This document shows positions 35,260 to 49,177 of a stretch of DNA of 64,000 nucleotides, piece after piece. Under the pieces are notes generated by a model. It was not told the origin of the DNA. It did not search any database and worked only from the letters and a program-made list of their open reading frames with translations. Source of the DNA: an uncultured candidate division Zixibacteria bacterium (GTDB taxonomy: Bacteria > Zixibacteria > MSB-5A5 > GN15 > PGXB01); NCBI GenBank assembly GCA_963702205.1, contig OY969724.1, positions 1,472,001 to 1,536,000 of the forward strand, in the 5' to 3' direction. A program made the translations under genes and the position numbers. Within the stretch, counting starts at the first letter, position 1. Every line of letters starts with the position of its first letter.

Positions 35260-36636
35260 ATGAACGCGAGATTACAAATATCCAACCGAACTTTTGAATT
35301 TTCCCCGGTCATATTGCTTGCATTTTTGGTTTTTCTGGCCGCACCGTTTATATTCATGCATCGCTATAGTGCCGCCGTCATGCTGCTGGCCGCACCGCTA
35401 TTTCTTACGCTGGCGATAAGTCCAAGAGTGTTCATGTATCTGTACGTCCTAACCTTGTCGTTTTTTATCTATCCCGTACCCGGTATCCCTCTTCTGATCA
35501 CCGACTATGTTATCGTAGGTATGATTTTGGCTTTCGTAATAGACTTCCTCGTAAATATCCGCGAAAACCTGTCGGTACCCCGGATAAGCACTAATTATCT
35601 GATATTCATTGGCGCGATGTTTGTCTCGGCCCTGGCCGCCTACGATCCGATGCATTCGATTACCCCGGTGCTGCGGGCGGGGCTGCAACTGGTCCTGCTG
35701 ATCATGTTTTATAACCGCATGGACAAAGCCGACATTGCACGGTTGGCCAAGCTCTATTTCTGGGTTATGGTCGTTCAAGCGGTATTTATTGCGTTTTCGT
35801 TTATTTCGCTTGGAGGTATCCACCGGGTGTTCGGTATCGCCGGCACGTACGCCGATGACCTGGCCATGGTGGCGTTTCCGATCGGACTGGCGTTTGCCGT
35901 ATGGTCGAAATCTCGAACTCAGTCGCGGCTGTATGGTCTGGGGACAATCGTAATCCTGGCGGGTCTGCTTTCGACTCAATCCCGGTTTCCGATTTTTACG
36001 GTAGCCTGGGTCGGCTTTATTGTCCTTGTCGTTTCGTGGCATTATGCCGGGAAGGCCGGGCTTTACGCGACTCGCCGGAGAATTAAGCTGGCGTTTCTGG
36101 CGTCGGGAACAATTATCGTCTTGATTCTGGCGGGGCTGACGATTTTCACTGGTATCGTCGGGCGATTCGATTATGTCTTCTCCAGGCATATGGGCAGTTC
36201 GGTGCTGATGAGATTTTCGCTCTGGAAAACGGCACTTCTGGTTTTTCTCAAAGACCCGCTTTTAGGTATAGGCCCGGGCAATTTCCGGTTTGTCGATTCG
36301 TTGATACCGTCGGTTAAGTTCGTGGTCATACGCTATCTGGTTCGCGGACTTTCAGCTCACAATATGGTGCTGCACTATATGGCCGAGACGGGAATCCTCG
36401 GTGTGACCGCTCTGGTCTGGCTGTATGCCAGGTATTTCAAAATCGCCTTGACACATATGCGCAACACGATATCGCAGTTTCCCATGGTCATGCGCATGGC
36501 CATGTTCGGCGTGGCCCTGACTATTTTCGGCGAGATATTTTATATGGATGGCTGGATGTGGGGCCTGACCGCTTTCCCGGTGCCGTTGTTTATGGCGCTG
36601 ACCTGTCGTATGGTTAAAGAGGATCATGCCGGTTAA
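35260..36636 (+). CDS. O-antigen ligase/Wzy-family membrane protein
   Basis: TQSR, R..LW..PLLGIGPGNF, AHN..AETG. Confidence 0.82.
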   Translation: MNARLQISNRTFEFSPVILLAFLVFLAAPFIFMHRYSAAVMLLAAPLFLTLAISPRVFMYLYVLTLSFFIYPVPGIPLLITDYVIVGMILAFVIDFLVNIRENLSVPRISTNYLIFIGAMFVSALAAYDPMHSITPVLRAGLQLVLLIMFYNRMDKADIARLAKLYFWVMVVQAVFIAFSFISLGGIHRVFGIAGTYADDLAMVAFPIGLAFAVWSKSRTQSRLYGLGTIVILAGLLSTQSRFPIFTVAWVGFIVLVVSWHYAGKAGLYATRRRIKLAFLASGTIIVLILAGLTIFTGIVGRFDYVFSRHMGSSVLMRFSLWKTALLVFLKDPLLGIGPGNFRFVDSLIPSVKFVVIRYLVRGLSAHNMVLHYMAETGILGVTALVWLYARYFKIALTHMRNTISQFPMVMRMAMFGVALTIFGEIFYMDGWMWGLTAFPVPLFMALTCRMVKEDHAG

Positions 36637-37693
36637 AATAGTCATGCTGGCCGACTCGCGGTCGGTGCACGTCCGGCGCTGGTCGCGCTCACTGGTCGAC
36701 CGCGGCATTCAATTAACTCTCATTTCGCTGGGCGGAGACGACGTCGAAAAAGTCGATTTGATCAAAGTCCCGTTTTCCGGAAACCGCCGCCTTGATTTCC
36801 TTCGCCGCGCCGAATATGTCAAAAGACTAATCGAGCAAATCGAACCGGACGTCGTTCACGCGCATTATGCGTCAAGCTACGGTTATTGGGGAATGAAGTC
36901 CGGTTTTCGACCATTTCTATTGTCGGTCTGGGGGACGGATGTCGTCGAATTCCCGAGTAACATGATCAGCCGAATATTTTTAAAGCGCATCATAAAAAGT
37001 GCCGATGTCATCACGGCTACGAGTGAATATTTGAGAGGCGTCGCCTCAAAATTTATGGATGACAATAGGACCCCGGTTTATGTGGTCCCGTTCGGCGTCG
37101 AAATCGGACCGATGGCATCCAAAAAGACAGTTTCCGATACCGTCCGGTTGATTTACACCAAGGGGCATCATAAACGTTATGGCCCGGATATTCTCCTGAA
37201 GGCCTTCAAGGCGGCATTGGAAAAGTGCTCGTCGCTTTCTCTGACTTTGGCCGGGGAGGGCAAGATGACGCCGCAGCTAAAGAAAATGGCTGCCAACCTC
37301 GGAATCGCCGACAAAATGGAATTTACCGGGTTTATTGATAATGGTAAAGTTCCCGCAGAGCTGGCCGCTCACGATATTCTTGTTATGCCGTCGCTTCGCG
37401 AGGGCTTCGGGGTGTCGTCGCTCGAAGCGTCGGCTACCGGACTGCCGACCATTGCCACGAATGTCGGAGGGATTCCCGAAATTGTCGTCGATGGTAAAAC
37501 CGGCCTTCTGGTGCCGCCTGGGGATGTGTCGGCACTGGCCGAAGCGATTGTCCGGTTTGCGCAGGACGCCGGATTACGGCACGATTTTGGGATGAACGCC
37601 CGGGCGTTTGTTGAAAAACGGTATAACTGGGACAAAAATGTGGATCAAATGATCGACCTGTATGAATTTCTTGTCAAAAACTCCCGCATTTAA
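36626..37693 (+). CDS. GT4 glycosyltransferase
   Basis: EGFGVSSLEA. Confidence 0.9.
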   Translation: MPVKIVMLADSRSVHVRRWSRSLVDRGIQLTLISLGGDDVEKVDLIKVPFSGNRRLDFLRRAEYVKRLIEQIEPDVVHAHYASSYGYWGMKSGFRPFLLSVWGTDVVEFPSNMISRIFLKRIIKSADVITATSEYLRGVASKFMDDNRTPVYVVPFGVEIGPMASKKTVSDTVRLIYTKGHHKRYGPDILLKAFKAALEKCSSLSLTLAGEGKMTPQLKKMAANLGIADKMEFTGFIDNGKVPAELAAHDILVMPSLREGFGVSSLEASATGLPTIATNVGGIPEIVVDGKTGLLVPPGDVSALAEAIVRFAQDAGLRHDFGMNARAFVEKRYNWDKNVDQMIDLYEFLVKNSRI

Positions 37694-37753
37694 TTTTCCG
37701 ATTTCTATTTGATATCAAGCCGGTCCTTTATTAGATTATAGCGGAGTTGTACT

Positions 37754-38749
37754 ATGCCGGCTAATTTGCCACCTCAATATTACGAACTGGAACGCGATTT
37801 CAAAAGCGAGCGCGACCCGCGTGAGAAATTGCGGCTGGCCAAAGAACTTCTGGCCATGATGCCCAAGCACAAGGGGACCGATAAGCTCCAGGCCGAGATG
37901 AAGGCCAAAATTTCCAAACTCAGCAATCAAATCGAGGGGACACAGAAATCCCACGGCGCGAAGACGTCGGAATCGTTCGATCATATCCCCCGCGAGGGCG
38001 CCGCACAGGTGATTTTAATCGGTCCGCCCAATACGGGGAAATCATCGCTGGTGGACGCCCTGACCAGCGCGCACGTCGTTATCGGCGATTACCCTTTTTC
38101 CACGCGCGAGCCGATAGCCGGGATGATGAAATATGAAACGATACAGATCCAGCTTATCGATACTCCGCCCATATCGCACGAATACTGCGAGTCGTTCGTT
38201 TTTCCTCTTATCCGCCAGGCCGATCTGGCGGTAATCGTGGTCGATGCCTGCGATTCCGGTATGGTTCGGGCGGTCGAAACGATGTTCGGAATTCTGGACG
38301 AAAAGCGAATCCGTATCGCCCCCCGCATCGATACCAATCTCGAAGATCCGCGTATGACATACAAGCGTGGGATATTTGCCGCACACAAATATCTTGATGA
38401 CGGCGGTCAGGCAGGGCTGGAGGAACTCGATGCCAATTTCTCGGAGTACAAAATATTCCCGACCTCGATTCTTGAAGATGAATCCGTTGAGAAGTTTCGC
38501 AAAGGCATCTTTGATTCGCTCGGTATCATTAGAGTTTTCACCAAACCGGTTGGCAAAGAGGCCGATTTCAACGACCCGATCATTTTGCCGGCAGGCGGGA
38601 CGGTCGAGGACGCGGCTTTGACGCTGCATAAGGATTTTGTCAATAAACTTCATTTCGCCCGACTCTGGGGAACGGGAAAATTCGAGGGGCAAAAGGTCAG
38701 GATCGATTATCAGCTATCTGACGGAGATATAATTGAGTTTCATATTTAA
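37754..38749 (+). CDS. DRG/Rbg-like OBG-family GTPase with TGS domain
   Basis: PKHKGT N-terminal helices, GPPNTGKS, YPFST, DTPP, C-terminal TGS (LSDGDIIEF). Confidence 0.85.
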   Translation: MPANLPPQYYELERDFKSERDPREKLRLAKELLAMMPKHKGTDKLQAEMKAKISKLSNQIEGTQKSHGAKTSESFDHIPREGAAQVILIGPPNTGKSSLVDALTSAHVVIGDYPFSTREPIAGMMKYETIQIQLIDTPPISHEYCESFVFPLIRQADLAVIVVDACDSGMVRAVETMFGILDEKRIRIAPRIDTNLEDPRMTYKRGIFAAHKYLDDGGQAGLEELDANFSEYKIFPTSILEDESVEKFRKGIFDSLGIIRVFTKPVGKEADFNDPIILPAGGTVEDAALTLHKDFVNKLHFARLWGTGKFEGQKVRIDYQLSDGDIIEFHI

Positions 38750-38870
38750 AATGCCTCGATTAATGAAATTACGTGAAATTTCTGGAAACCCGGCCATAAT
38801 TGGCTTGGTTTAAAAAATAAGAGCTTGACTGACAGGCCTGAAGTTTTTATTATAGTAGACTTTAACTTTT

Positions 38871-38944
38871 GGGCCCATAGCTCAGTCGGTTAGAGCAGCT
38901 GACTCATAATCAGCGGGTCCCAGGTTCGAGTCCTGGTGGGCCCA
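38871..38944 (+). tRNA. tRNA with CAU anticodon, most likely tRNA-Ile2 (lysidine); CCA not encoded
   Basis: Cloverleaf with GCTGA-CTCATAA-TCAGC anticodon arm; sequence resembles Ile2 rather than fMet. Confidence 0.9.
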
Positions 38945-38976
38945 GAGAATGATGTTTGAAACCTTTAGTTTTTGAC

Positions 38977-39050
38977 GGGCAATTAGCTCAGTTGGTTAGA
39001 GCGTTCGGTTCACATCCGAGAGGCCACTGGTTCGAGTCCAGTATTGCCCA
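38977..39050 (+). tRNA. tRNA-Val(CAC); CCA not encoded
   Basis: GGGCAAT/ATTGCCC acceptor stem, TT-CAC-AT loop, GTTCGAG T-loop. Confidence 0.92.
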
Positions 39051-39152
39051 ATAAAATGACGCTGGTATGATTGATACGAGCTTAGAGCCCCGTGAATATC
39101 GGGGAATGAAAATCAAAAAAGCCTGCCACCAAATAACAGGCATAGAGAAATT

Positions 39153-39186
39153 AACGCAGTCTCAGATGGTTGAGACTGCGTTTTTT
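39153..39186 (+). terminator. Intrinsic terminator after the tRNA pair
   Basis: AACGCAGTCTCA..TGAGACTGCGTTTTTT. Confidence 0.8.
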
Positions 39187-39207
39187 AATTGAGGAAAGTG
39201 ATCTATT

Positions 39208-41402
<2,195 letters not shown>

Positions 41403-41441
41403 AATTGATTGTAGTTGTTAACAATAGAGTGGAACTAGCAC

Positions 41442-41813
41442 AGAAAGAGGAAAACACGGTCGCGCTTTATGAAAACGTAAAGTGAGGAAAGTCCGAGCTT
41501 CTAAAGCCGGGGTGCCCGGTAACGCCGGGGCGGAGCGATCCGACGGAAAGTGCCGCAGAAAACAAACAGCCAAGCCGCCCGTTCGCGGGCGGCGGCAATG
41601 GTGAAAACGTGGTGTAAGAGACCACGCCGGACCGTGGAAACACGGGCCGGGGTAAACCCCACCCGAAGCAAAACCAAATAGGGGAAGAGGGACCGGCTTT
41701 TCCCGCTTGATTCCCGGGTAGGTTGCACGGAATCGGCAGGCAACTGTCCGATCAAGATAAATGACCGTGACTGCCCTCGGGCAGCACAGAACTCGGCTTA
41801 TTTTCCTCTTTCT
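41442..41813 (+). ncRNA. rnpB: RNase P RNA (type A)
   Basis: GAGGAAAGTCCGAGCT and ACAGAACTCGGCTTA conserved regions; P1 formed by AGAAAGAGGAAAA/TTTTCCTCTTTCT. Confidence 0.95.
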
Positions 41814-41840
41814 GGCTTCCGAAAATAAGGAAGCCGTATA

Positions 41841-43590
41841 ATGAGTTTAATCACCAAGGGTGTCCCGCTGAAATGGGTCGTGGCTGAGCACACCGATCTC
41901 GACCGCATCCAGAAAGTCAGCGAGCAGGTGGGACTGGACAAGACGGTCACCACCATCCTTTTCAATCGCCAGATCGATACCCCCGAAGCGATTAGCGAAT
42001 TTCTTAATCCCAAGCTGGCCGATCTTCAGGACCCGTTTAACATGTTCGGCATGGTGGAGGCGATCGACAGAATTTTGATCGCCCTCCGTGAAAACGAAAA
42101 GATCATGGTTTACGGGGACTACGACGTCGACGGCATCACCGCTACATCGCTTTTGTACCTTGTCCTCAACAAGCTCGGAGCTCAGGTAATTTATTACCTG
42201 CCCAACCGGCTGGTGGAGGGCTATGGTCTGTCGATCGAGGGGATCAAGGAAGCCGAGTCGAAAGGCATCTCGCTGATTGTCTCGGTCGATACCGGCGTGA
42301 CGGCGGTCAGCGAAGTCGAGTACGCCCGTTCGCTGGGAATCGACTGCATTCTAACCGACCATCACGAGCCCGGCGAGATTCTCCCGAAGGCGGTGGCGCT
42401 CGTCAATCCCAAGCAGAAGGAATGTACTTACGACGGCGGCGAATTGTCCGGGGTCGGAGTGGCGTTCAAAGTGGCCCAGGCTCTGTATCAGCGGCTGGGG
42501 CAGGACATCACGGAACTGGAAGAACACCTCGATCTGGTGGCGCTGGGCACGTCGGCGGATATCGTCCCGCTGGTCGGCGAAAACCGGACTTTGACAAAGT
42601 ACGGGATCAAACAGATCGCCCGGACGACCAAACCCGGCCTCAAGTCGCTGGCATTCGTGTCCGGCCTGATGGGCAAAGACATCGGCACCGGGCAGGTTGT
42701 GTTTATTCTGGCACCGAGGATCAATGCCGTGGGACGTCTCGGCGACGCCGAGATGGCAATCAAGCTTCTGACGACCAAGGACGAGCGTATGGCGGCGGAT
42801 ATCGCCCGTAAGCTCGACCGTGAAAATCAGCGCCGAAAAGATATCGACGAAAAAACGCTGAATGAAGCGCTCGACCAGATTAGATTGCACGTCGATATTT
42901 CCAACGACCGGGCCATCGTCCTGGCGTCCGAGGGTTGGCATCAGGGCGTAATCGGAATCGTCGCCAGCCGCCTGGTGGAGCGTTTTCACTTGCCGACCGT
43001 CATGATCGCAATCGACGGCGACGAAGGCAAAGGCAGCGCCAGGTCAATACCGGGCTTCCACCTGTGCGACGCCCTGAAAGAATGCGAGGATCTTCTCCTG
43101 CGTTACGGTGGTCACAAGTACGCCGCCGGACTGACCATACAGCCCGGCAAAATCGAGCCGTTCCGGGCTCGTTTGAAAGAAGTGTCTTCGCGACTTCTGA
43201 CCGATGAAGATCTCATCGCCAAGCTGTATATCGATTCCGAAATCGAGCTGACCGAAATAAACAACCATCTGCTCGACGTCATCGAGACTTTCGCACCGTT
43301 CGGACCGCAGAACATGCGACCCATTTTCCTGACGCGCAACTGTGAGATACTCGGGCAGCCGGTACTGTGTCGGACGCAATCACCTGAAGATGAAAGTTCG
43401 CAAAGGCGACGCCGTGTTCGACGTCATCGGTTTCGGGTTCGGCGACTGGGTGCGCAATCTTTCCGGGCGCGGAAATCTCGTTGACCTCGTTTATGTGATC
43501 GAGTACAATCACTGGAAAGACGTCACGCGGATTCAACTGCGACTCAAAGACCTGCGACTGGCCGCCGGAGATATAGGCACTTATAGCTAA
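41841..43590 (+). CDS. recJ: ssDNA exonuclease RecJ, with a frameshift near 43361
   Basis: YGDYDVDG, TDHH, GGHKYAAG; OB domain (NHLKMK) continues in another frame. Confidence 0.94.
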
Positions 43591-43596
43591 GGCGAT

Positions 43597-44538
43597 ATGA
43601 CCGTTCTGGACAAATTTCTGCAGGGGGATCAGTCGGCACTGGCCCGTATTATTTCGTTTATAGAGGACCGTGAGGACGGCTATCAGAACCTTCTGTCCCG
43701 GCTTTATCCCAAAGCCGGGACGGCCAAAAGAATCGGCTTTACCGGTCCGCCCGGGGCGGGCAAATCATCTTTGGTCAACTGCCTGGCCAAGCTCCTTATT
43801 TCGAGAGGCCAGCGCGTGGCGGTGATCGCGGTCGATCCGTCGTCACCGTTCACCGGCGGGGCGCTTCTGGGCGACCGTATCAGATTGACCGATCTTCCGA
43901 TGGACAATTCCATTTATGTTCGTTCCATGGCGACCCGTGGATCCAGCGGCGGGCTGGCGGCGGCGACCAACAATGCCGCCATCGCTCTCGATGCTTTCGG
44001 ATGCGATTTTATTTTGATCGAGACGGTCGGAGTGGGGCAGGTGGAACTGGATATTGTCGATACCTGCGACGCGGTGGTCGTGACGCTGGTGCCGGAATCG
44101 GGCGATGCCATACAGGCGCTCAAGGCGGGGTTGATGGAAATCGCCGACGTATTCGCGGTCAACAAAGCCGACCGGCCGGGGTCGAAAAATATCGTGGCGG
44201 CACTGGAAATGATGCTCGAAATCAAGAGTGAAAAATCCGAGTGGCATTATCCGGTGGTGCCGACCGAGGCGATCAACAATAAAAATATCGACGTGCTTTT
44301 CGACAAGGTCGAAGCGTTCTTCGAATATTCGGTTCGCAGCGGGCATTTTGAGAGTCATCGCCGCGAGCAGATTAAAAAGAAAATCATCAGTATTTTGCAG
44401 TATCGTTTGAATGAACTTGTCAAAGACCGTCTGACGGATATGGCCGACATCGACAAGATGGTTCTCGATATTTATAACGGCCAGAACGATCCCTATACGG
44501 TCAGCGACAAGTTGTTCGAGATTTCGCAGGTAAAGTAG
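43597..44538 (+). CDS. meaB: Mutase-associated GTPase chaperone MeaB
   Basis: GPPGAGKS, DPSSPFTGGALLGDRIR, ETVGVGQ, NKAD. Confidence 0.94.
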   Translation: MTVLDKFLQGDQSALARIISFIEDREDGYQNLLSRLYPKAGTAKRIGFTGPPGAGKSSLVNCLAKLLISRGQRVAVIAVDPSSPFTGGALLGDRIRLTDLPMDNSIYVRSMATRGSSGGLAAATNNAAIALDAFGCDFILIETVGVGQVELDIVDTCDAVVVTLVPESGDAIQALKAGLMEIADVFAVNKADRPGSKNIVAALEMMLEIKSEKSEWHYPVVPTEAINNKNIDVLFDKVEAFFEYSVRSGHFESHRREQIKKKIISILQYRLNELVKDRLTDMADIDKMVLDIYNGQNDPYTVSDKLFEISQVK

Positions 44539-44549
44539 GTTGAATTCTT

Positions 44550-44830
44550 AGTAGGTCAGGAGCCGTGCCGAAGACTCTGAGAGAAGCGAAGAGCGCCCCT
44601 GACACATGAAAAGTTCCGTCAGGTGTTGATCGCGGATTGTGTGGCCACCCCAAACTTTGTTTGGGGTGGTTTGGGACGCAAATTTCCCGAAATTAACCCC
44701 TCCAAATAAATTTGGAGGGGCCACACGCATCAGAGGGACTTATTTTAGCCCGTTGGGCGAAAAGATGTCAGGGGCTCCCTTCGCAAGGCTCACTTCGTAA
44801 GCTCAGCGCAGGCAGGACCTTCGGGCGGCG
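44550..44830. repeat. REP-like palindrome cluster
   Basis: GTAGGTCAGG..CCTGAC and TGTGGCC..GGCCACA doublet. Confidence 0.7.
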
Positions 44831-44998
44831 GGGCACTTCTTCCGGTTAATCCGCTTCAATTTCCACCGATAAACATTACCCCTCCGTATTTCTAAGTACT
44901 TAAATGACCGCCGCTTAATGTGTCTGCGGCCGTGTGGGGGCTTGATTTTTGGCCGTGAATTGACTATTATCAAAAACTAATCATTTTTGGAGAGAAGC

Positions 44999-46672
44999 AT
45001 GTTTGAGAAGAAATTTCTGGATGATTTAAAAAATAAAAAGTCCGAGTGGAACCATGAAGCCGAAAAAGCCCGGGGTAAAAAATCGCGTCCGAAATTTATC
45101 ACGGTTTCCGGTGAAGAAATAAACGAGCTTTATACACCCGAAGACGTCGCCAACATCGATTTCGAGCAGAAAATCGGCTGGCCGGGCGTGTATCCGTACA
45201 CACGAGGCGTGCATCACACGATGTATCGCACCCGCTACTGGACGATGCGCCAGTTTTCCGGTATGGGGACGCCGCGCCAAACCAACGAGCGCTATCACTA
45301 CCTGCTGAAAAACGGCCAGACCGGTCTTTCGGTCGCGTTTGACCTGCCGACTTTGATGGGTTACGACAGCGATCATGTCCGCTCGCTGGGCGAGGTCGGC
45401 AAATGCGGGGTGGCGGTCGATTCGCTGGCCGACATGGAAATCATATTCGACAAGATCAATCTCGGTGAAGTGTCGACGTCGATGACCATCAACGCCCCGG
45501 CCTCGGTGGTGCTGGCGATGTATCTCGGAGTGGCTGAAAAACAGGGCGTGCCGTTCGAGAAACTTCGCGGGACGCTCCAAAACGATATATTAAAAGAATA
45601 CATCGCGCAGAAAGAGTGGATCTATCCTCCGGAGCCGTCAATCCGGCTTATCACCGATATGATGGCTTTTTGCACCGAGCACGTTCCGCAGTGGAATACG
45701 ATTTCGATTTCCGGCTATCATATTCGTGAAGCCGGTTCCACGGCGGCCCAGGAGCTGGCTTTCACACTGGCCGATGGATTCTGCTATATCGAGGCGGCGA
45801 TCAAGGACGGGCAGGACGTCGATGCTTTCGCGCCGCGCCTGTCGTATTTCTTCAACGCCCATCAGGACTTTTTCGAGGAGATCGCCAAATATCGTGCGGC
45901 GAGACGCATTTTCGCCCGGCGTATGAAAGAAAAATACAAAGCCAGGAAAGAACGGTCGTGGCTTATGCGGTTTCACACCCAGACCGCCGGATGCAGCCTG
46001 ACCGCCCAGCAGCCGGAGAACAATATCATCCGTACGGCCTACGAAGGTCTCTCGGCGGTGCTCGGTGGGACACAGTCGCTGCACACCAACTCGATGGATG
46101 AAACGCTGGCGCTGCCGTCGGAGAAAGCGGCGCTGATCGCCCTTCGCACACAGCAGATTATCGCCCACGAAACCGGCGTGACCAATACCATCGACCCGCT
46201 GGCGGGATCGTACTTTATCGAAGCCCTGACCGACAAGATGGAGGCCGACGCCGAGGCGTATCTCGACGAGATCGACAAGCGCGGCGGCGTGCTCAAGGGC
46301 ATCGAAGAGGGATATTTCCAGCGCGAGATCGCCAACGCCGCCTACCGGTATCAGCGCGAAATCGAGCGCAAGGAAAGAATTATTGTCGGGATCAACGATT
46401 ATGTCATGGATAAAGAAGAAATCAACATCCCGATTTTGAAAATCGACGAATCCGTGGAAAAAGACCAGTGCGCGTTTGTCAAGAAAGTCCGTACTGATCG
46501 TGATAACGATAAAGTCAAGCGGACACTCGATGATTTGGTGACCTGCGCCAGGACGGGCGGCAATACGCTTAAGGCGATGCTCGATTGCGTGCGGGTGTAT
46601 GCCACCCTGGGCGAGATTTGCGACGCATTGAAACCGATTTTCGGGGAGTACATCGAACCGCCGATTATATAG
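44999..46672 (+). CDS. B12 acyl-CoA mutase large subunit, isobutyryl-CoA mutase-like
   Basis: MCM fold with RQF and KEYIAQKEW (F/Q specificity pair). Confidence 0.85.
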   Translation: MFEKKFLDDLKNKKSEWNHEAEKARGKKSRPKFITVSGEEINELYTPEDVANIDFEQKIGWPGVYPYTRGVHHTMYRTRYWTMRQFSGMGTPRQTNERYHYLLKNGQTGLSVAFDLPTLMGYDSDHVRSLGEVGKCGVAVDSLADMEIIFDKINLGEVSTSMTINAPASVVLAMYLGVAEKQGVPFEKLRGTLQNDILKEYIAQKEWIYPPEPSIRLITDMMAFCTEHVPQWNTISISGYHIREAGSTAAQELAFTLADGFCYIEAAIKDGQDVDAFAPRLSYFFNAHQDFFEEIAKYRAARRIFARRMKEKYKARKERSWLMRFHTQTAGCSLTAQQPENNIIRTAYEGLSAVLGGTQSLHTNSMDETLALPSEKAALIALRTQQIIAHETGVTNTIDPLAGSYFIEALTDKMEADAEAYLDEIDKRGGVLKGIEEGYFQREIANAAYRYQREIERKERIIVGINDYVMDKEEINIPILKIDESVEKDQCAFVKKVRTDRDNDKVKRTLDDLVTCARTGGNTLKAMLDCVRVYATLGEICDALKPIFGEYIEPPII

Positions 46673-46700
46673 CAATTTTATTTTAAACAGTATAGAGCCT

Positions 46701-47120
46701 ATGTCAGAAATAATAAGAGTACTATTGGCTAAGCCGGGTCTGGACGGACACGACCGGGGAATTAAAGTCATCGCGACCGCGTTTCGCGACGCCGGATTCG
46801 AGGTGATCTACACCGGGCTCCGTCAGACGCCGGAGATGATTGTCAACGCCGCCATACAGGAAGACGTCGACGCCGTCGGGGTGTCGATCCTGTCGGGCGC
46901 GCACATGACCCTGTTTCCCGCGATTAAAAAGCTCCTGGTTGAAAAGAAAGCCGAACACATCATCCTGTTTGGCGGGGGAATCATCCCGGACGAAGACATC
47001 AGGGCGCTGGAAGCGCAGGGTATCGACAAGCTGTTCACGCCGGGGGCGACGACCGAAGAGACGGTGGCATTTGTCCGCAGCGCCGTGACCCGCCGCAAGG
47101 ATAACGAAAAGATAATGTAA
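46701..47120 (+). CDS. Cobalamin-binding small subunit of an acyl-CoA mutase
   Basis: GLDGHDRG (DXHXXG), SILSGAH. Confidence 0.94.
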   Translation: MSEIIRVLLAKPGLDGHDRGIKVIATAFRDAGFEVIYTGLRQTPEMIVNAAIQEDVDAVGVSILSGAHMTLFPAIKKLLVEKKAEHIILFGGGIIPDEDIRALEAQGIDKLFTPGATTEETVAFVRSAVTRRKDNEKIM

Positions 47121-47173
47121 TATAAGGGTTGTACTAACGGTACGACCCGATAACCCATTTTTCGGGAGGAAAG

Positions 47174-48319
47174 ATGCGTTACAATGTTGACGAACGGCAG
47201 CAGGCCGTGAGGGACCGCGTAAAAGAATTTGCCGAAAAGGAAATCGTGCCGGTCTTCCAGGAACTCGACCGCAGGGAAGAAGCGTTTCCCAAAGAGTATT
47301 ATAAGAAGCTGGCCGCGGCGGGGCTGGTCGGATTCGCCATGCCCAAGGAGTACGGCGGCGGCGGATATTCCAATATCGAATACATTACGCTGGTCGAAGA
47401 ACTGAACTACTGGGATCCGCCGACCGGTTTGCTGGCGGCCGTCCCGGAACTGGCCGCCTTCCCGATTTTCGCATTCGGCACCGAAGAGCAGAAGAAAAAG
47501 TACGTCCCGAAATGCGCCAGCGGTGAAATTATTCCGGCTTTCGCTCTGACCGAGCGCGAGGCCGGTTCCGACGCCGCCAACCAGAAGACGGTGGCGATTA
47601 TCGACGGCGACGAGTTTGTCATCAACGGTGAGAAGATTTTTATCATGCACGGCGACGCCGCCGACGTCGCGGTTTTGTTCTGTCGTATCGGTGAGTCCGG
47701 CGAGGGCCGTCCCAAAGTGTCGGCTATCATCTGCGAAACCGACAAACCGGGCTGGAAGAAATTCACACTCAAGCACAAGATGGGTATGCGGGCCGCTACG
47801 ACGGGACGCATCGAAATCAAGGACTACCGCTGCCCCGTCTCCCAGCAGCTGGGCGAGACCGGTAAAGGTTTCCGCTATGCCATGGCGACGCTCGACGGCG
47901 CGCGTATCGGTGTGGCGGCGCAGGGTGTCGGCATTGCTCAGCGGGCGCTGGATGAAGCGGTCAGGTATTCCAAGGAACGCATCGCTTTCGGCGCGCCGAT
48001 TGCGAAACTCCAGGCGATACAGTGGATGATCGCGGATATGTCGACCCGTCTCGAAGCCGCTCGCGCGCTGACGTACAAAGCCGCCGTGATGCAGGACAAA
48101 GGGGAACATTTCTCACTGCAGGCGGCGCAGGCCAAACTGTTCGCGACCGAAGCGGCCGGGTTCTGTGTTGACCGGGCCATGCAGATTCATTCCGGTTACG
48201 GGTATATTGGTGAGTTTTCGATTATCGAGAAACTGTACCGCGACCAGCGCGTCACCGAAATCTACGAAGGTACTTCCGAAGTGCAGCGGCTGGTTATCGC
48301 CGGTAACCTCCTTCGATAG
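47174..48319 (+). CDS. Acyl-CoA dehydrogenase (butyryl-CoA-like)
   Basis: FALTE..AGSD, IYEGTSEVQR. Confidence 0.92.
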   Translation: MRYNVDERQQAVRDRVKEFAEKEIVPVFQELDRREEAFPKEYYKKLAAAGLVGFAMPKEYGGGGYSNIEYITLVEELNYWDPPTGLLAAVPELAAFPIFAFGTEEQKKKYVPKCASGEIIPAFALTEREAGSDAANQKTVAIIDGDEFVINGEKIFIMHGDAADVAVLFCRIGESGEGRPKVSAIICETDKPGWKKFTLKHKMGMRAATTGRIEIKDYRCPVSQQLGETGKGFRYAMATLDGARIGVAAQGVGIAQRALDEAVRYSKERIAFGAPIAKLQAIQWMIADMSTRLEAARALTYKAAVMQDKGEHFSLQAAQAKLFATEAAGFCVDRAMQIHSGYGYIGEFSIIEKLYRDQRVTEIYEGTSEVQRLVIAGNLLR

Positions 48320-48322
48320 TCC

Positions 48323-49156
48323 ATGAAATTCGGCTCGTTTGAAATATCACCCCTCGTCGAACAGACGTTTCAGCTCGACGGGGGGACCATGTTCGGGGTC
48401 GTCCCCAAGAAAATATGGTCCAAACTGGTCAGTGTCGATGACAACAACCTGGTTCCGATGCAGACCAATCTTTTCGTGATAAAAACGGACGATAAAAATA
48501 TATTATGCGATACCGGCTTCGGCGATTGTCTGACCGATCAGGAAAAGAAAATATACGCGGTCGTGAAGGCCACTAATATCGAAAAAGGTTTGAATGATAT
48601 TGGACCTGGTGCGGACGATATCGATTTTGTTTTTTTGTCGCACCTGCACACCGATCATGCCGCGGGAGCGGTCAAGTCTGAAAACGGTGGAATGGTTCCG
48701 CGATTCAGGAACGCCAAATACATAGTACAGAAACAGGAATGGGACGACGCCCTGCACCCCAACGAACGCACCGCGGCGGTGTATATTCCCGAGCGGTTGA
48801 GCGTGCTCGAAAGGGCCGGGCAGTTGATGTTGGTCGACGGTGACGTTGAAATCCTGCCGGGCGTACGCGCTATCAAAACCGGCGGCCACACGGCCGGACA
48901 TCAGGCGTTGGAAGTTACATCGGGCGGTCAGACGGTGGTGTACTATGCCGACATCGTCCCATCGTCGTACCATGTGAAAGTACCGTACGTTGCCTCGGTT
49001 GATTTGTTCCCGCTCGATACGATGGCGGTCAAGCGCGAGTTAGTTAATCGTCTGCTTGCAAACGGCGGTGCGATCGCGTTCGACCACGACACGGAAATAA
49101 AAATAGGTCGGTTGAACAAAAACGAACATAAAATTACGGTTGAGAAAATCGAATAG
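48323..49156 (+). CDS. MBL-fold metallo-hydrolase (YtnP-like)
   Basis: LDGGTMFGVVPK, HLHTDH, GGHTAGH. Confidence 0.88.
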   Translation: MKFGSFEISPLVEQTFQLDGGTMFGVVPKKIWSKLVSVDDNNLVPMQTNLFVIKTDDKNILCDTGFGDCLTDQEKKIYAVVKATNIEKGLNDIGPGADDIDFVFLSHLHTDHAAGAVKSENGGMVPRFRNAKYIVQKQEWDDALHPNERTAAVYIPERLSVLERAGQLMLVDGDVEILPGVRAIKTGGHTAGHQALEVTSGGQTVVYYADIVPSSYHVKVPYVASVDLFPLDTMAVKRELVNRLLANGGAIAFDHDTEIKIGRLNKNEHKITVEKIE

Positions 49157-49177
49157 CCTCAGGCGGCGGGGAAGGTT

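Noticed and set aside
38871..38944. Initiator tRNA-fMet
   Set aside because: It has a paired G1-C72 and lacks the three consecutive G-C pairs in the anticodon stem
41501..41755. 84-aa minus-strand ORF
   Set aside because: It is the antisense of the RNase P RNA gene
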